A stretch of 57,320 bases of DNA from a virus (IMGVR_UViG_3300042981_000082:1-57320), one strand, 5' to 3'; shown: positions 36,217-44,771, counted from the stretch's first letter. The notes: generated from the sequence alone by a model not told the origin. Numbers and translations are program-made.

Positions 36217-36764
36217 GCAGGCCAGGCTAGTCGAGGCGGGTCGAGTCCAGGCAAGGCGCGGCGAGGCAGGCGAGTCGAGGCATGACGTGGTAGGGCTTGG
36301 CGGGGCTGGGCTAGGCAGAGCGAGGCAGGGCAGGCAGGGTACGGCCTGGTGCGGCCTGGCTGGGCTTGGCGCGTCGAGGCAGGCAAGGCATGGCTCGTCA
36401 GAGCATGGCTCGGCTTGGCACGGCAGGCTGGGCATGGCACGGCAAGTCTGGGTCCGGCAGGGTTCGGTTGGGCGCGGTGTGGCGTGGCAAGGCAGGCACG
36501 GTGCGGCGTGGGGAGGCACGGCGGGGCGCGGCTTGGCAGGCACGGCACGGCTCGGCTAGACATGGCAGGTCTCGGCCCGGCAAGGCAGGCACGGAATGGC
36601 GTGGTTGGGCTTGGCTCGGCGGGGTGTGGCACGGCAGGCGAGGTATGGCTCGGCCTGGCATGGCAGGGCAGGGTTGGGCTGGGTGCGGCAAGGCAGGCTG
36701 GGCATGGAATGGCCAGGCAGGGCAAGGCTGGGCACGGCCGGGCTTGGCGCGGCAGGCAAGGCTG
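36216..36764 (+). repeat. GGY-NN pentamer array: 101 pentamers in 10 units separated by 11 GGCA tetramers; putative guide-RNA precursor
   Basis: Manual parse accounts for every base (101x5 + 11x4 = 549); 86 of 101 pentamers start GGC/GGT; last two bases are variable; GGCA at 36216, 36265, 36329, 36378, 36422, 36491, 36535, 36584, 36633, 36692, 36751. Confidence 0.93.
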
Positions 36765-36785
36765 GAAGTAACGAAAGGAAACGCA

Positions 36786-37277
36786 GTGGAAATCGCGTTT
36801 GAGGTCGATGGCGTGCCGGGACCGCAAGGGTCGAAGCGGTACGTCGGCAAGCGCAAGAAAGGTCCCCGAGCCGGGCAGGCAATCATGATCGAGTCGTCGA
36901 AAAAAGTTCGACCCTGGCGCGAGGCCGTTCGCCTCGCCGCCATCCAGGCGATGGACGAGGACCCAACCTGGGAACGCGGATTCGATGGACCGGTTGCGCT
37001 GAGCATTTTGTTCTACTTGCCGCGTCCAGAATCTGCACCGAAACGATCACGAATCCGAGCTAAGAGAGTGCCCGACGTGTCCAAACTTTTGCGTGCCACC
37101 GAGGACGCGATCACCGACTCGGGCCTATGGCGGGATGACGCTCGCGTTGTCATCGCCCACGTGGAAAAAACATACGCGATCGGATCGCACCTGAGCGCCA
37201 TCTATCAACTCGACGACCGCGAGATAGCGGGAGCCGAGATCACCATCGAAGCACTGGGAGAAACGGAGGACACATGA
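36786..37277 (+). CDS. rusA: RusA-like Holliday junction resolvase
   Basis: VDGVPGPQGSK...ESSKKVRPWR...PDVSKLLRATEDAIT..GLWRDDARVV; GTG start with AAAGGA RBS. Confidence 0.9.
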   Translation: MEIAFEVDGVPGPQGSKRYVGKRKKGPRAGQAIMIESSKKVRPWREAVRLAAIQAMDEDPTWERGFDGPVALSILFYLPRPESAPKRSRIRAKRVPDVSKLLRATEDAITDSGLWRDDARVVIAHVEKTYAIGSHLSAIYQLDDREIAGAEITIEALGETEDT

Positions 37278-37735
37278 GATTCACCCGAGCACTCGAAGAG
37301 CAGATCGTCGAGGCGATCACGACCAACCCGGAAGATCACATCGTTCTTCCGTCCGAGATGTACCGTCCCGATGGGTTGATCCTGATCCATCGCGACAACC
37401 TGAGCTACGCGATCCATCGCTACCTCTACGGCAAGCTGGTCCGTCCGCTGAAACGCGGCGAGTATCTGCTGCCGCGATGCAAGGTGAGGGGATGCATCAA
37501 TCCCCTGGAGCCGCATCGTAAGCTTTCCAATTCGCCTCACCCCGGCCAGGCGGCAAACAGGACCTGTCCCAACGGCCACGAGTACACCAGGGAGAACACG
37601 CTTCCAGCTTCTGAACGCAACCGCTGCCGACAATGCAAGCAGGAGCGGTTGGCACGTCGTCGAGTGAAAGACGCCGAACGGCGAGCGGCATTGAAACAGC
37701 AACTAGATCGGAGACACGCATCATGGCAAGACTGA
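37274..37735 (+). CDS. Degenerate HNH-endonuclease-like zinc-binding protein
   Basis: HRYLY..LV...C....CINP, then TCPNGHEYTRENT...RCRQC. Confidence 0.65.
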   Translation: MRFTRALEEQIVEAITTNPEDHIVLPSEMYRPDGLILIHRDNLSYAIHRYLYGKLVRPLKRGEYLLPRCKVRGCINPLEPHRKLSNSPHPGQAANRTCPNGHEYTRENTLPASERNRCRQCKQERLARRRVKDAERRAALKQQLDRRHASWQD

Positions 37736-38382
37736 CCCAGGCACAAATGGTTCGACTGCTCAACCCGGTACGCGAGGATCGCATCGAGGTCAAGCAGGGC
37801 CTCAGCTATGTTCCCCAGCAGGAGGTCCGCGCCGAGTTGAACCGCACCTTCGGGATGGGCAACTGGGACTCGCAGGTCATCCACATGGAGCTTGCCTACG
37901 AGAACACGCAGCCCGGCACCGGCAAGAACGCGGACAAGACCTACTGGATATGCGGCTACGCAGCCGCCGTCCGGCTCCGCGTGCGCAACTACGAGGGCGA
38001 ACCCATCGCGGAGTTCATCGAGTACCACTTCGAGGAGAACGCACCTCAGCCCAACCGTGGCGAGGCTCGCGTCCTGGCGATGACATCCGCCGCCAGCTAC
38101 GCGCTGCGTCGTGCTGCAATCGGCCTGGGCGATGCGTTCGGACTGCACCTCTACGACAGGGGCAACCTCAATCCCATCGTGCGCGGGACGCTGGCCCTCA
38201 CCGACAAGGATTCGCCCACCTACAAGGAACCACAGAAGCCCGCTGGAGCGCCTAGGAATCCCGCCCTGGTACAGGAAGGCCAGGCACCCCAGAACGCGCC
38301 GGAGAGCCCCGTTCCTGCCCCAGCCAGTGGCATCAGCGAATTGGCCGAGGGATTCAATCACCCGGAAGCGAGGCAGTCATGA
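37723..38382 (+). CDS. Rad52/Rad22-family ssDNA-annealing recombinase
   Basis: LSYVPQQEVRAELNRTFG..NW...A.SYALRRAAIGLGDAFGLHLY. Confidence 0.85.
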   Translation: MARLTQAQMVRLLNPVREDRIEVKQGLSYVPQQEVRAELNRTFGMGNWDSQVIHMELAYENTQPGTGKNADKTYWICGYAAAVRLRVRNYEGEPIAEFIEYHFEENAPQPNRGEARVLAMTSAASYALRRAAIGLGDAFGLHLYDRGNLNPIVRGTLALTDKDSPTYKEPQKPAGAPRNPALVQEGQAPQNAPESPVPAPASGISELAEGFNHPEARQS

Positions 38383-38861
38383 GGACACAAGACGAGATCC
38401 GCGCTCGATTGGACACCGTGCGCGCATCCCATCTGGACTTCCTGGGCAAGCGCCAGGAGGTGCTCGTCCAGACGCTGGACTATGAGCACATCAAGGATCT
38501 GCTCACCGATCCCGACCCGGAGAAGTGGGGCGATCCACAGACGCCGTGGGAAACCTCAGCGGCTGCTGGCGAATACCTGGCATTCGCCGTGGAGAAGGCG
38601 ATCGATCACCGGGGCCTCTCGGCCAACCGATCTATCGACGCCTTCACCGAGTACCTGTGGCTGCTCACCGACGACGACACCTGCCGGAAGTTCGATGAGG
38701 TCCGCTACGCCCCGTATGGGATGCCGAAGCTGAAGTTCGCGGCGGAGGCGCTGGGCTTCACGGAGGCCTTCGACGCCATGGGCAAGGAGTACGGAGTCGA
38801 GATGGCGCGGATGGCGGCTGGGCTGTCGTGCAGCGATAACTGCGGGGAGTGTTTCTCGTGA
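38379..38861 (+). CDS. Hypothetical protein
   Basis: 160 aa; FAVEKAIDHRGLSANRS...WLL...YGMPKL. Confidence 0.75.
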   Translation: MRTQDEIRARLDTVRASHLDFLGKRQEVLVQTLDYEHIKDLLTDPDPEKWGDPQTPWETSAAAGEYLAFAVEKAIDHRGLSANRSIDAFTEYLWLLTDDDTCRKFDEVRYAPYGMPKLKFAAEALGFTEAFDAMGKEYGVEMARMAAGLSCSDNCGECFS

Positions 38862-39814
38862 CCGGCGTCGAGGTGATTCAGCGAGGCCAGCGCCTGGCCG
38901 AGCAGATGGTGGCCGATATGGTGCACCACCAGAACAACCGGCCTCGTTCGCTCCAGAGCCAGAAGCGCATCCTGGGTATGAGCGAGATGGGCGGATGCCG
39001 CGAGTACATCCGGGCCACCATCGCCGGGGACAAGAAGATGGACCCGACGCTGTGGAAGCAGGAGGCCGAGTTCGGCACGGCGCTGGGCGACTACATCGAG
39101 AACGCCATCGGCGAGGCGCACGGTGATGACGTGATGCTCCAGCACAGGCTGACGCTGGAGTTGCAGGTGGGCGGTCATCCCATTCGGGTATCCGGCTCCA
39201 CCGACATCATCTACATCACCGACGACGGAGACATCGTTGACCTCAAGTCGAAGAACGGGCTGGGCCTGACCAAGCGCGAGGGACCGACCTTCAAGAACAA
39301 GGCTCAGCTGGCTGGCTACATGGAGGCTGCCGTCCAGGAAGGCCTGGTGAATCCAGAGACAGTAGCTGGACACCTCATGTTCTTCGACCGGGGAGCAGCC
39401 GAGAAGGGCTTCCTGCCGTACTCGATGGACTACGCGCAGGCCAAGCTGATCCTGGAGGCGGTGTCCGAGCGCCTGGAGGATGTTGCCAGCGCGCTATCCA
39501 CAGCCAGGATGGCGACCCGCGATGAGCCGGAGTCCTGGTGCTGGGCGGTGCAGTGCCCGTTCTACAACAACTGCTGGGCTGGCTACATGCCGGATCAGAA
39601 GATCGAGAACCCCGAGGCGCTGGAAGCCATTCGCATCTACGTCGAGGCTCGCCGTGATCGCAATGACGACATCAGCGCGGTCGAGGCTGCCAAGCAGATG
39701 CTGGAGGGAATCGAGGGCGTCACGCCGGACGGTGTTGTCGTGCGCTGGACCGAGGTCATGCCGAAATCCGGCAACGCCTACATGAAGCTCGAAGTGAGGG
39801 AGCCGAAGCAATGA
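38858..39814 (+). CDS. Cas4-family / PD-(D/E)xK exonuclease
   Basis: SEMGGCR; GSTD...IVDLKS; QLAGY; C-terminal C....CPFY..C. Confidence 0.8.
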   Translation: MTGVEVIQRGQRLAEQMVADMVHHQNNRPRSLQSQKRILGMSEMGGCREYIRATIAGDKKMDPTLWKQEAEFGTALGDYIENAIGEAHGDDVMLQHRLTLELQVGGHPIRVSGSTDIIYITDDGDIVDLKSKNGLGLTKREGPTFKNKAQLAGYMEAAVQEGLVNPETVAGHLMFFDRGAAEKGFLPYSMDYAQAKLILEAVSERLEDVASALSTARMATRDEPESWCWAVQCPFYNNCWAGYMPDQKIENPEALEAIRIYVEARRDRNDDISAVEAAKQMLEGIEGVTPDGVVVRWTEVMPKSGNAYMKLEVREPKQ

Positions 39815-40266
39815 CTGACGAGACATACGACCTGGACGAGTTGAAGACCGGTGACAAGCTCCAGATGCTGTTCCGCCAGCCCGGGGATGCGTTTCACGTG
39901 AAACAGAACGTGACGCTCCAGGGCGAGGCGGTCTGGCTGCCCGGTCACGGCTGGGGATTCCAGCTGGCGGATGGGGCACTGATGGATCTGCGCGCCATGG
40001 TCGATCAAGAGGGCTGGGTGATCGTCGATCTGGCGCACGCCAAGCTCACCCACGAGCAGGAGCGCCTGGCCGATGCGCTGGACAATCCCGACCTGCGGGT
40101 GGCCTTCCGCGATGACTGCCCCATCGACTCCACGATGATCATCACCGAGCTAGCGATGGGCGAGCCCTTCCCGGTGCTCGTTCTCAACTCGGCGCTGCGC
40201 AAGCAGTGGACGACCGGCAAGCCTGACATGAAGATCCACGAAGGGCTGTTGCCCAATGAGCGCTGA
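39811..40266 (+). CDS. Hypothetical protein
   Basis: ATGA-coupled, 151 aa. Confidence 0.65.
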   Translation: MTDETYDLDELKTGDKLQMLFRQPGDAFHVKQNVTLQGEAVWLPGHGWGFQLADGALMDLRAMVDQEGWVIVDLAHAKLTHEQERLADALDNPDLRVAFRDDCPIDSTMIITELAMGEPFPVLVLNSALRKQWTTGKPDMKIHEGLLPNER

Positions 40267-40435
40267 CCTCCTGCTGCCGGTGATCCTGTTCGTGATCGCC
40301 GCCACGATGCCGATAGTTATCGTCATCCAGCTTCTGATCATCGCCTACATCCGCATGCTCCGGCAGTGGAAGTGGAACCACCAAGAGCCGATCCAGTGGC
40401 CTTCACCCTGGACCAACACGAAAGGAAATCAGTGA
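40256..40435 (+). CDS. Small 59 aa membrane protein
   Basis: MSADLLLPVILFVIAATMPIVIVIQLLIIAY; overlaps both neighbours. Confidence 0.55.
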   Translation: MSADLLLPVILFVIAATMPIVIVIQLLIIAYIRMLRQWKWNHQEPIQWPSPWTNTKGNQ

Positions 40436-40716
40436 TGCATCCGCTAGTAGCGATTGCGATTGTCGCCGGAATTCTCATCTTCGCGGTGTCGATCGGTTCG
40501 ATCATGTTCGATGCATTCAGAGGATCGATTGACGGTGAGGTCGATGCGACGCTCCGCAAGGTCACGCCATCCTCGGACATGCAGAACAACGATCCAGGGG
40601 TAAAACACCCGATCCGCCGAGCCGCGTACGTGTGGGCCTATCGGCGCGGCTGGAGCAAGCAGATCCGCGAAGAGAACACAGCGCGTCCGCCGCGCATCAT
40701 GCCAAGGGAGAAGTGA
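40435..40716 (+). CDS. Membrane protein
   Basis: AAAGGA RBS; N-terminal TM segment. Confidence 0.6.
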   Translation: MHPLVAIAIVAGILIFAVSIGSIMFDAFRGSIDGEVDATLRKVTPSSDMQNNDPGVKHPIRRAAYVWAYRRGWSKQIREENTARPPRIMPREK

Positions 40717-40717
40717 G

Positions 40718-41146
40718 ATGCCGATCAAGAACTACACGTCGATCATCGCGGTCAACAAGTCGATGGCTGATATCAACAAGATCCTCCAGGGCCGGGTCGC
40801 CAGCGTGTCCACGCACTACGCGGAGGATGGCTCGCCCTCGGGGCTGGCCTTCAGCATCCGCACCCCACACGGCATCCGCAACTTCATGATGACCGCCAAC
40901 GTGGCCGGTGTGCACGCGACGCTGAACAGCGATCCGAAGGTGGCACGGATGTACCGCACGGTCGAGCACGCTCAGCGCGTGGCCTGGCGGATTATCAAGG
41001 ATTGGCTGGATGCCCAGCTGGCCCTGATCGAGGCGGACCTGGCATCGATGGATCAGGTGATGCTGCCCTATCTCGTCGTCCATCCTGACGGCACCACGCT
41101 CTATGAGAACTACAAGACTCGTGAGCAATCGGCCCTAGAGGCCTGA
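40718..41146 (+). CDS. Conserved hypothetical phage protein
   Basis: MPIKNYTS.I...AQRVAWRIIKDWLDAQLALIE...QVMLPY...TLYE. Confidence 0.8.
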   Translation: MPIKNYTSIIAVNKSMADINKILQGRVASVSTHYAEDGSPSGLAFSIRTPHGIRNFMMTANVAGVHATLNSDPKVARMYRTVEHAQRVAWRIIKDWLDAQLALIEADLASMDQVMLPYLVVHPDGTTLYENYKTREQSALEA

Positions 41147-41155
41147 CCTCAAACC

Positions 41156-41177
41156 CCCAGCGGGGACCACCGCTGGG
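41156..41177 (+). other. Stem-loop upstream of the AAA gene
   Basis: cccagcgg/ccgctggg. Confidence 0.45.
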
Positions 41178-41203
41178 TAAACAGAAAATGAACGGAGAGC
41201 ACA

Positions 41204-42685
41204 ATGTCGAAGCAGTCTGAATACACTGCGGAGAAGTCAACCTCGGACCTGTTCGCGGAGGTGCTGAAGTCCATCCCGGGACTCGGCGGCAAGGCGATCA
41301 CCGGCGAGGAGGTCGAATTCCACGACGGCAGCAAGATCATCCTGCCGAAGGGAATGACCTACGAGAAGGCGTTCAAGATCCTCAAGCGCCTGGAGGAGGA
41401 AGCCGAGACGACCACCGGCTTCACTCGGATGTTCCGCTACCGTCCCGACGATGGGGCCTACGCCACATTCCAGGTGATCAAGCAGCGCTACGGAATGCTG
41501 CTGGGCAAAGAGATCAACATGGGATTCTTCGGAACCCGGCCACCCGAGATGCGCACGATCAACATCGGGGTCAACCAGTCGATGCAGGTGCCGTGGGGAT
41601 TGATCGAGATCCCGGTGATGCCGGGCATGGAGATCTACATCGGTGAGGCGTCTGACCGTGACTACGGCCAGATCTTCGGCATCCGTGGCGAGGGCCCTCG
41701 CAAGTACAAGGACGAGATCGAGGCTCTCTTCGATGACGTCCAGGAGTATCTGGAGAAGAATTCCATCTACCGTGGCCGTGCCATCGTCGGCTCGGACTCG
41801 CCGGAATTCCTGGATATGTCCAACTTCCGCGCCGATCAGATCGTGTTCTCCGATGAGGTGACCCGCACGCTGGAGGGCACCCTGTGGGCACCGATCCGGC
41901 ACACGGCAACGATGCGCGAGGAGGGCGTTCCCCTCAAGCGTGCCGTGCTGGTCTATGGCCCATACGGAACCGGCAAGACCTCGACCGGTCAGATGACCGC
42001 ACAGGTGGCGACCGACAACGACTGGACCTTCATCGGCGCACGACCTGGCCGGGACAAGATCGAGGATGTACTGCGCACGGCTCGGCTCTACCAGCCTGCC
42101 GTCGTGTTCGTTGAGGACATCGACAACGCGGCATCGACCAGCGACCAGGACGAGGTGACCAAGCTGCTGGAGGCCTTCGATGGCATCACGGCCAAGGGTG
42201 GCGAACTGATGGTTGTGATGACCTCGAACCACATCGAGCGCATCCACCGTGGAATGCTGCGCCCGGGACGCCTGGACGCCGTTGTGGAGATCGCTGGCCT
42301 GGACCCCAACGGCATCGAGCGGTTGATCAAGGTCGTGGTCGATGCAGCCAAGCTGTCGGAGAAGGTGGACTACGCTGCCGTTGCCGAATCGATGGAGGGC
42401 TTTCTCCCGGCGTTCGTTCGTGAGTCGATCACCCGCGCGGTGACGTTTGCGATCAGCCGACTGGACGGTGACGGCAAGTACGTCATCGACACCAGCGACC
42501 TGGTAGATGCCGCTCACTCGCTCAAGCCTCAGCTGGATGCGCTCAACGCAGCCGACGAGGGCGAGAAGCGTCCGGAGATCTCCAGCGCGCTGAACGACGC
42601 GATCAAGGGTGCCGTTGCATCGATGAGCACTTTCGACGGATACAACGATCAGTGGAAGAAGATCGAAGAGCGCAAGGCAAACTAG
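41204..42685 (+). CDS. AAA+ ATPase
   Basis: GPYGTGKT, VVFVEDID, TSNH, SRH MLRPGRLD. Confidence 0.92.
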   Translation: MSKQSEYTAEKSTSDLFAEVLKSIPGLGGKAITGEEVEFHDGSKIILPKGMTYEKAFKILKRLEEEAETTTGFTRMFRYRPDDGAYATFQVIKQRYGMLLGKEINMGFFGTRPPEMRTINIGVNQSMQVPWGLIEIPVMPGMEIYIGEASDRDYGQIFGIRGEGPRKYKDEIEALFDDVQEYLEKNSIYRGRAIVGSDSPEFLDMSNFRADQIVFSDEVTRTLEGTLWAPIRHTATMREEGVPLKRAVLVYGPYGTGKTSTGQMTAQVATDNDWTFIGARPGRDKIEDVLRTARLYQPAVVFVEDIDNAASTSDQDEVTKLLEAFDGITAKGGELMVVMTSNHIERIHRGMLRPGRLDAVVEIAGLDPNGIERLIKVVVDAAKLSEKVDYAAVAESMEGFLPAFVRESITRAVTFAISRLDGDGKYVIDTSDLVDAAHSLKPQLDALNAADEGEKRPEISSALNDAIKGAVASMSTFDGYNDQWKKIEERKAN

Positions 42686-42692
42686 CCCTATG

Positions 42693-42721
42693 AGGGGGCG
42701 AGGCACTCCGCCTCGCCCCCT
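42693..42721 (+). terminator. Stem-loop after the AAA gene
   Basis: agggggcgaggc/gcctcgccccct. Confidence 0.6.
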
Positions 42722-42740
42722 TCCAACGATGGAGGGCACC

Positions 42741-42932
42741 ATGCAGAAACGACACGCACGCGAGATCAGGGCCGGGATTCTGGACTCCCGCAGAAGGCGC
42801 TGGAACAGCGAGATCGCTGGACCGTACTTCTTCTTCCAGCCTGGAGCGCGAGCATCTCTATACCGCGACGCCTGGCGTCGCACGGAGGGCACGATGAACA
42901 TCCGCCCTCCACGACAGGAAGCAGGATCATGA
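42741..42932 (+). CDS. Small basic hypothetical protein
   Basis: GGAGGG RBS. Confidence 0.55.
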   Translation: MQKRHAREIRAGILDSRRRRWNSEIAGPYFFFQPGARASLYRDAWRRTEGTMNIRPPRQEAGS

Positions 42933-43204
42933 TGGAAACCGAACTACACGGGTGCTCATGCACCGAGTGTGGCTACAAGTTCGATCTGGCCAGCGGCGTC
43001 GGCCAGGCGGAGAATTCCGCCCCCGAGCCTGGCGGCATCTCGCTGTGCATCCGCTGCGGCAACGCAGATGTATTCGATGAGGTCGATGGCGTGCTCACGT
43101 TGCGAGTGCCGACACCCGAGGAGTTGGAATCGATCAACGCCGATTTGACCGTCCGCGCCGCACAGATCGCCATTCGCGGCATGAGGACTTGGAGCAGGAA
43201 ATGA
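42929..43204 (+). CDS. Zinc-ribbon-like protein
   Basis: CTEC...PEPG.ISLCIRCG. Confidence 0.7.
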   Translation: MMETELHGCSCTECGYKFDLASGVGQAENSAPEPGGISLCIRCGNADVFDEVDGVLTLRVPTPEELESINADLTVRAAQIAIRGMRTWSRK

Positions 43205-43713
43205 AGCTATGGCGCAAGGATGCCGAGATAGCTCGGCTGCGCAAGGAATTGGAATTTGCCAACGGATGCCTGGGTGCGTCGTCGCACAACGAGATCGAGT
43301 TCGGCAAGGCCATCGATGTTCTGCGTGACGTGCTTCACGAAGGGCGAGTGGCGGCTGCATCACTGCTACGCGAGCGTGACGAACTGCTCCAGCAACTGGC
43401 CGCGTCGGTGACAACCGAGTACCACGATGGGATCGTCAATGAAGCTCAGCGCCGGATTCACGAACTTGAGGGGCAACTGGCCGAGGCACAACGTGGCGAT
43501 CTTTGCGACCGCCACTATGGGGATCGTGAGGACGAGCAGGACCATGGCGTGAGTACCTGTATCGACTGCCTACGCATCGCTCTGGCTGAGGCACAAGCGA
43601 CCATCGAGAAGGTGCGCGACTGGAACGAGAAGCACGGGACGCTGACTCTCGGTGAAATCCTGTCCGCTCCCTCGTCTACGGGAGGCAACGATGAGCAACA
43701 ACACCGAGCGTGA
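43201..43713 (+). CDS. Hypothetical coiled-coil protein
   Basis: ATGA-coupled; CDRH...CIDC. Confidence 0.6.
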   Translation: MKLWRKDAEIARLRKELEFANGCLGASSHNEIEFGKAIDVLRDVLHEGRVAAASLLRERDELLQQLAASVTTEYHDGIVNEAQRRIHELEGQLAEAQRGDLCDRHYGDREDEQDHGVSTCIDCLRIALAEAQATIEKVRDWNEKHGTLTLGEILSAPSSTGGNDEQQHRA

Positions 43714-44113
43714 CGAACTAGCGGGAGTGATCGCTGACCGGCTGTCATGGTCCTCCCTGCACTGGGATGTCCATAGTTCAGATATGCACCGCTGTTTGGC
43801 TGACACACTTATCGCTGCCGGTTACCGGAAATCAGCAGCCGCTGAGGGCGATGGAGTTTATGGACCCGAGACACAGGCCGTGATCGCGCGCGCACCAGAG
43901 TATGCGTTCAAGATCATCGCCCAGCAGTGCCAGGATGACCCGCCCAGAAAAGACCGGGGTAAGCGAATCTCCGTGATTGCGCGCACGAGGCAGGGCGCTA
44001 TCCACGAGGCCACGCGACTATTGGGCGAGGCGCAAAGCGGTTGGCACTGGTCCTTCCGGGTTGACGAAGCTGTCGATGCGCGGCTCGTCCGCGAGGAGGG
44101 GAGCCATGGATGA
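43691..44113 (+). CDS. Hypothetical protein
   Basis: GGAGG RBS; ERDELA...LADTLIAAGYRK. Confidence 0.65.
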   Translation: MSNNTERDELAGVIADRLSWSSLHWDVHSSDMHRCLADTLIAAGYRKSAAAEGDGVYGPETQAVIARAPEYAFKIIAQQCQDDPPRKDRGKRISVIARTRQGAIHEATRLLGEAQSGWHWSFRVDEAVDARLVREEGSHG

Positions 44114-44312
44114 GGTACGAATGTTGGCGTGCATCCTCCTGATCGCCGGGGCATTCGAACTGTTGGCCGTGTACCTCATTGACCGATTCATCCAGAACGG
44201 GCCGAACGACAGGTTCTACGGGCTGAGGATCCTGGGCGGTTCGATTCTCGGGACCATCGGCGTCATGAGCCTGATCTTCGGTGTTGTGCTACTGGTCACG
44301 GGAGGCAAGTGA
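44106..44312 (+). CDS. Small 2-TM membrane protein
   Basis: GGAG RBS; two hydrophobic helices. Confidence 0.6.
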   Translation: MDEVRMLACILLIAGAFELLAVYLIDRFIQNGPNDRFYGLRILGGSILGTIGVMSLIFGVVLLVTGGK

Positions 44313-44611
44313 TGAGCAAGAACAACATCTACCGCGATGGCAAGGTTCACGTGCTGAGCCGGGAGTGCGCCACATGCATCTTCAATCCACACACTCGTCC
44401 AGTGGCTGGATCGCGGGTGGCCGAGATGGTGCGGGACACGAAGGACACGGACTCGGCAACGGTCGTCTGCCACTCCACGATCTACCGCGAGGCCAAGGAG
44501 AACGCCATCTGCAGAGGCTGGTTCGACCGGCTCGCGGATCGTGACCCTGTGCTCAGGCTGGCCCAGGCGATGGGGATCCTCGTGGAGCAGGAGCCACCAG
44601 CCCATGACTGA
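44309..44611 (+). CDS. Hypothetical Cys/His protein
   Basis: CATCIF...VCH...ICRGW. Confidence 0.7.
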   Translation: MMSKNNIYRDGKVHVLSRECATCIFNPHTRPVAGSRVAEMVRDTKDTDSATVVCHSTIYREAKENAICRGWFDRLADRDPVLRLAQAMGILVEQEPPAHD

Positions 44612-44771
44612 CGACCGCTGCCCAGCGTGCGGCCATCACATGAACTGGGTCGATGGCTACGGGTACATCTGCAACAAGCGCGGCGGATGCGGATCGGAGT
44701 GGGAGATATCCGAGTACGGCGTGGAGATCAGCGAAGAAGAATTCAACAACAGATGCGGAGAGAAGCCATGA
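44604..44771 (+). CDS. Small zinc-finger protein
   Basis: CPACG...C....C. Confidence 0.55.
   Translation: MTDDRCPACGHHMNWVDGYGYICNKRGGCGSEWEISEYGVEISEEEFNNRCGEKP

Noticed and set aside
36216-36764. Classical CRISPR array
   Set aside because: There are no 23-47 nt direct repeats with unique spacers, no leader and no cas1/cas2; the conservation is in 3 of every 5 nt.
36216-36764. Ordinary microsatellite or G-quadruplex tract
   Set aside because: Slippage would homogenise units, but neighbouring NN values are diverse and every register break is the same GGCA. Two-tier G4 formation is possible but does not explain the grammar.
35893-37006. Long ORFs across the array in several frames (ARQG/PCLA-rich)
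   Set aside because: Frames are open on both strands because the GC-rich pentamers rarely form stops; a period of 5 does not fit codons, there is no RBS, and rusA has its own start at 36786.
38858-39814. Cas4 as evidence of a CRISPR adaptation module
   Set aside because: No Cas1 is present; its position near the Rad52-like gene fits the usual phage exonuclease/annealase pair.
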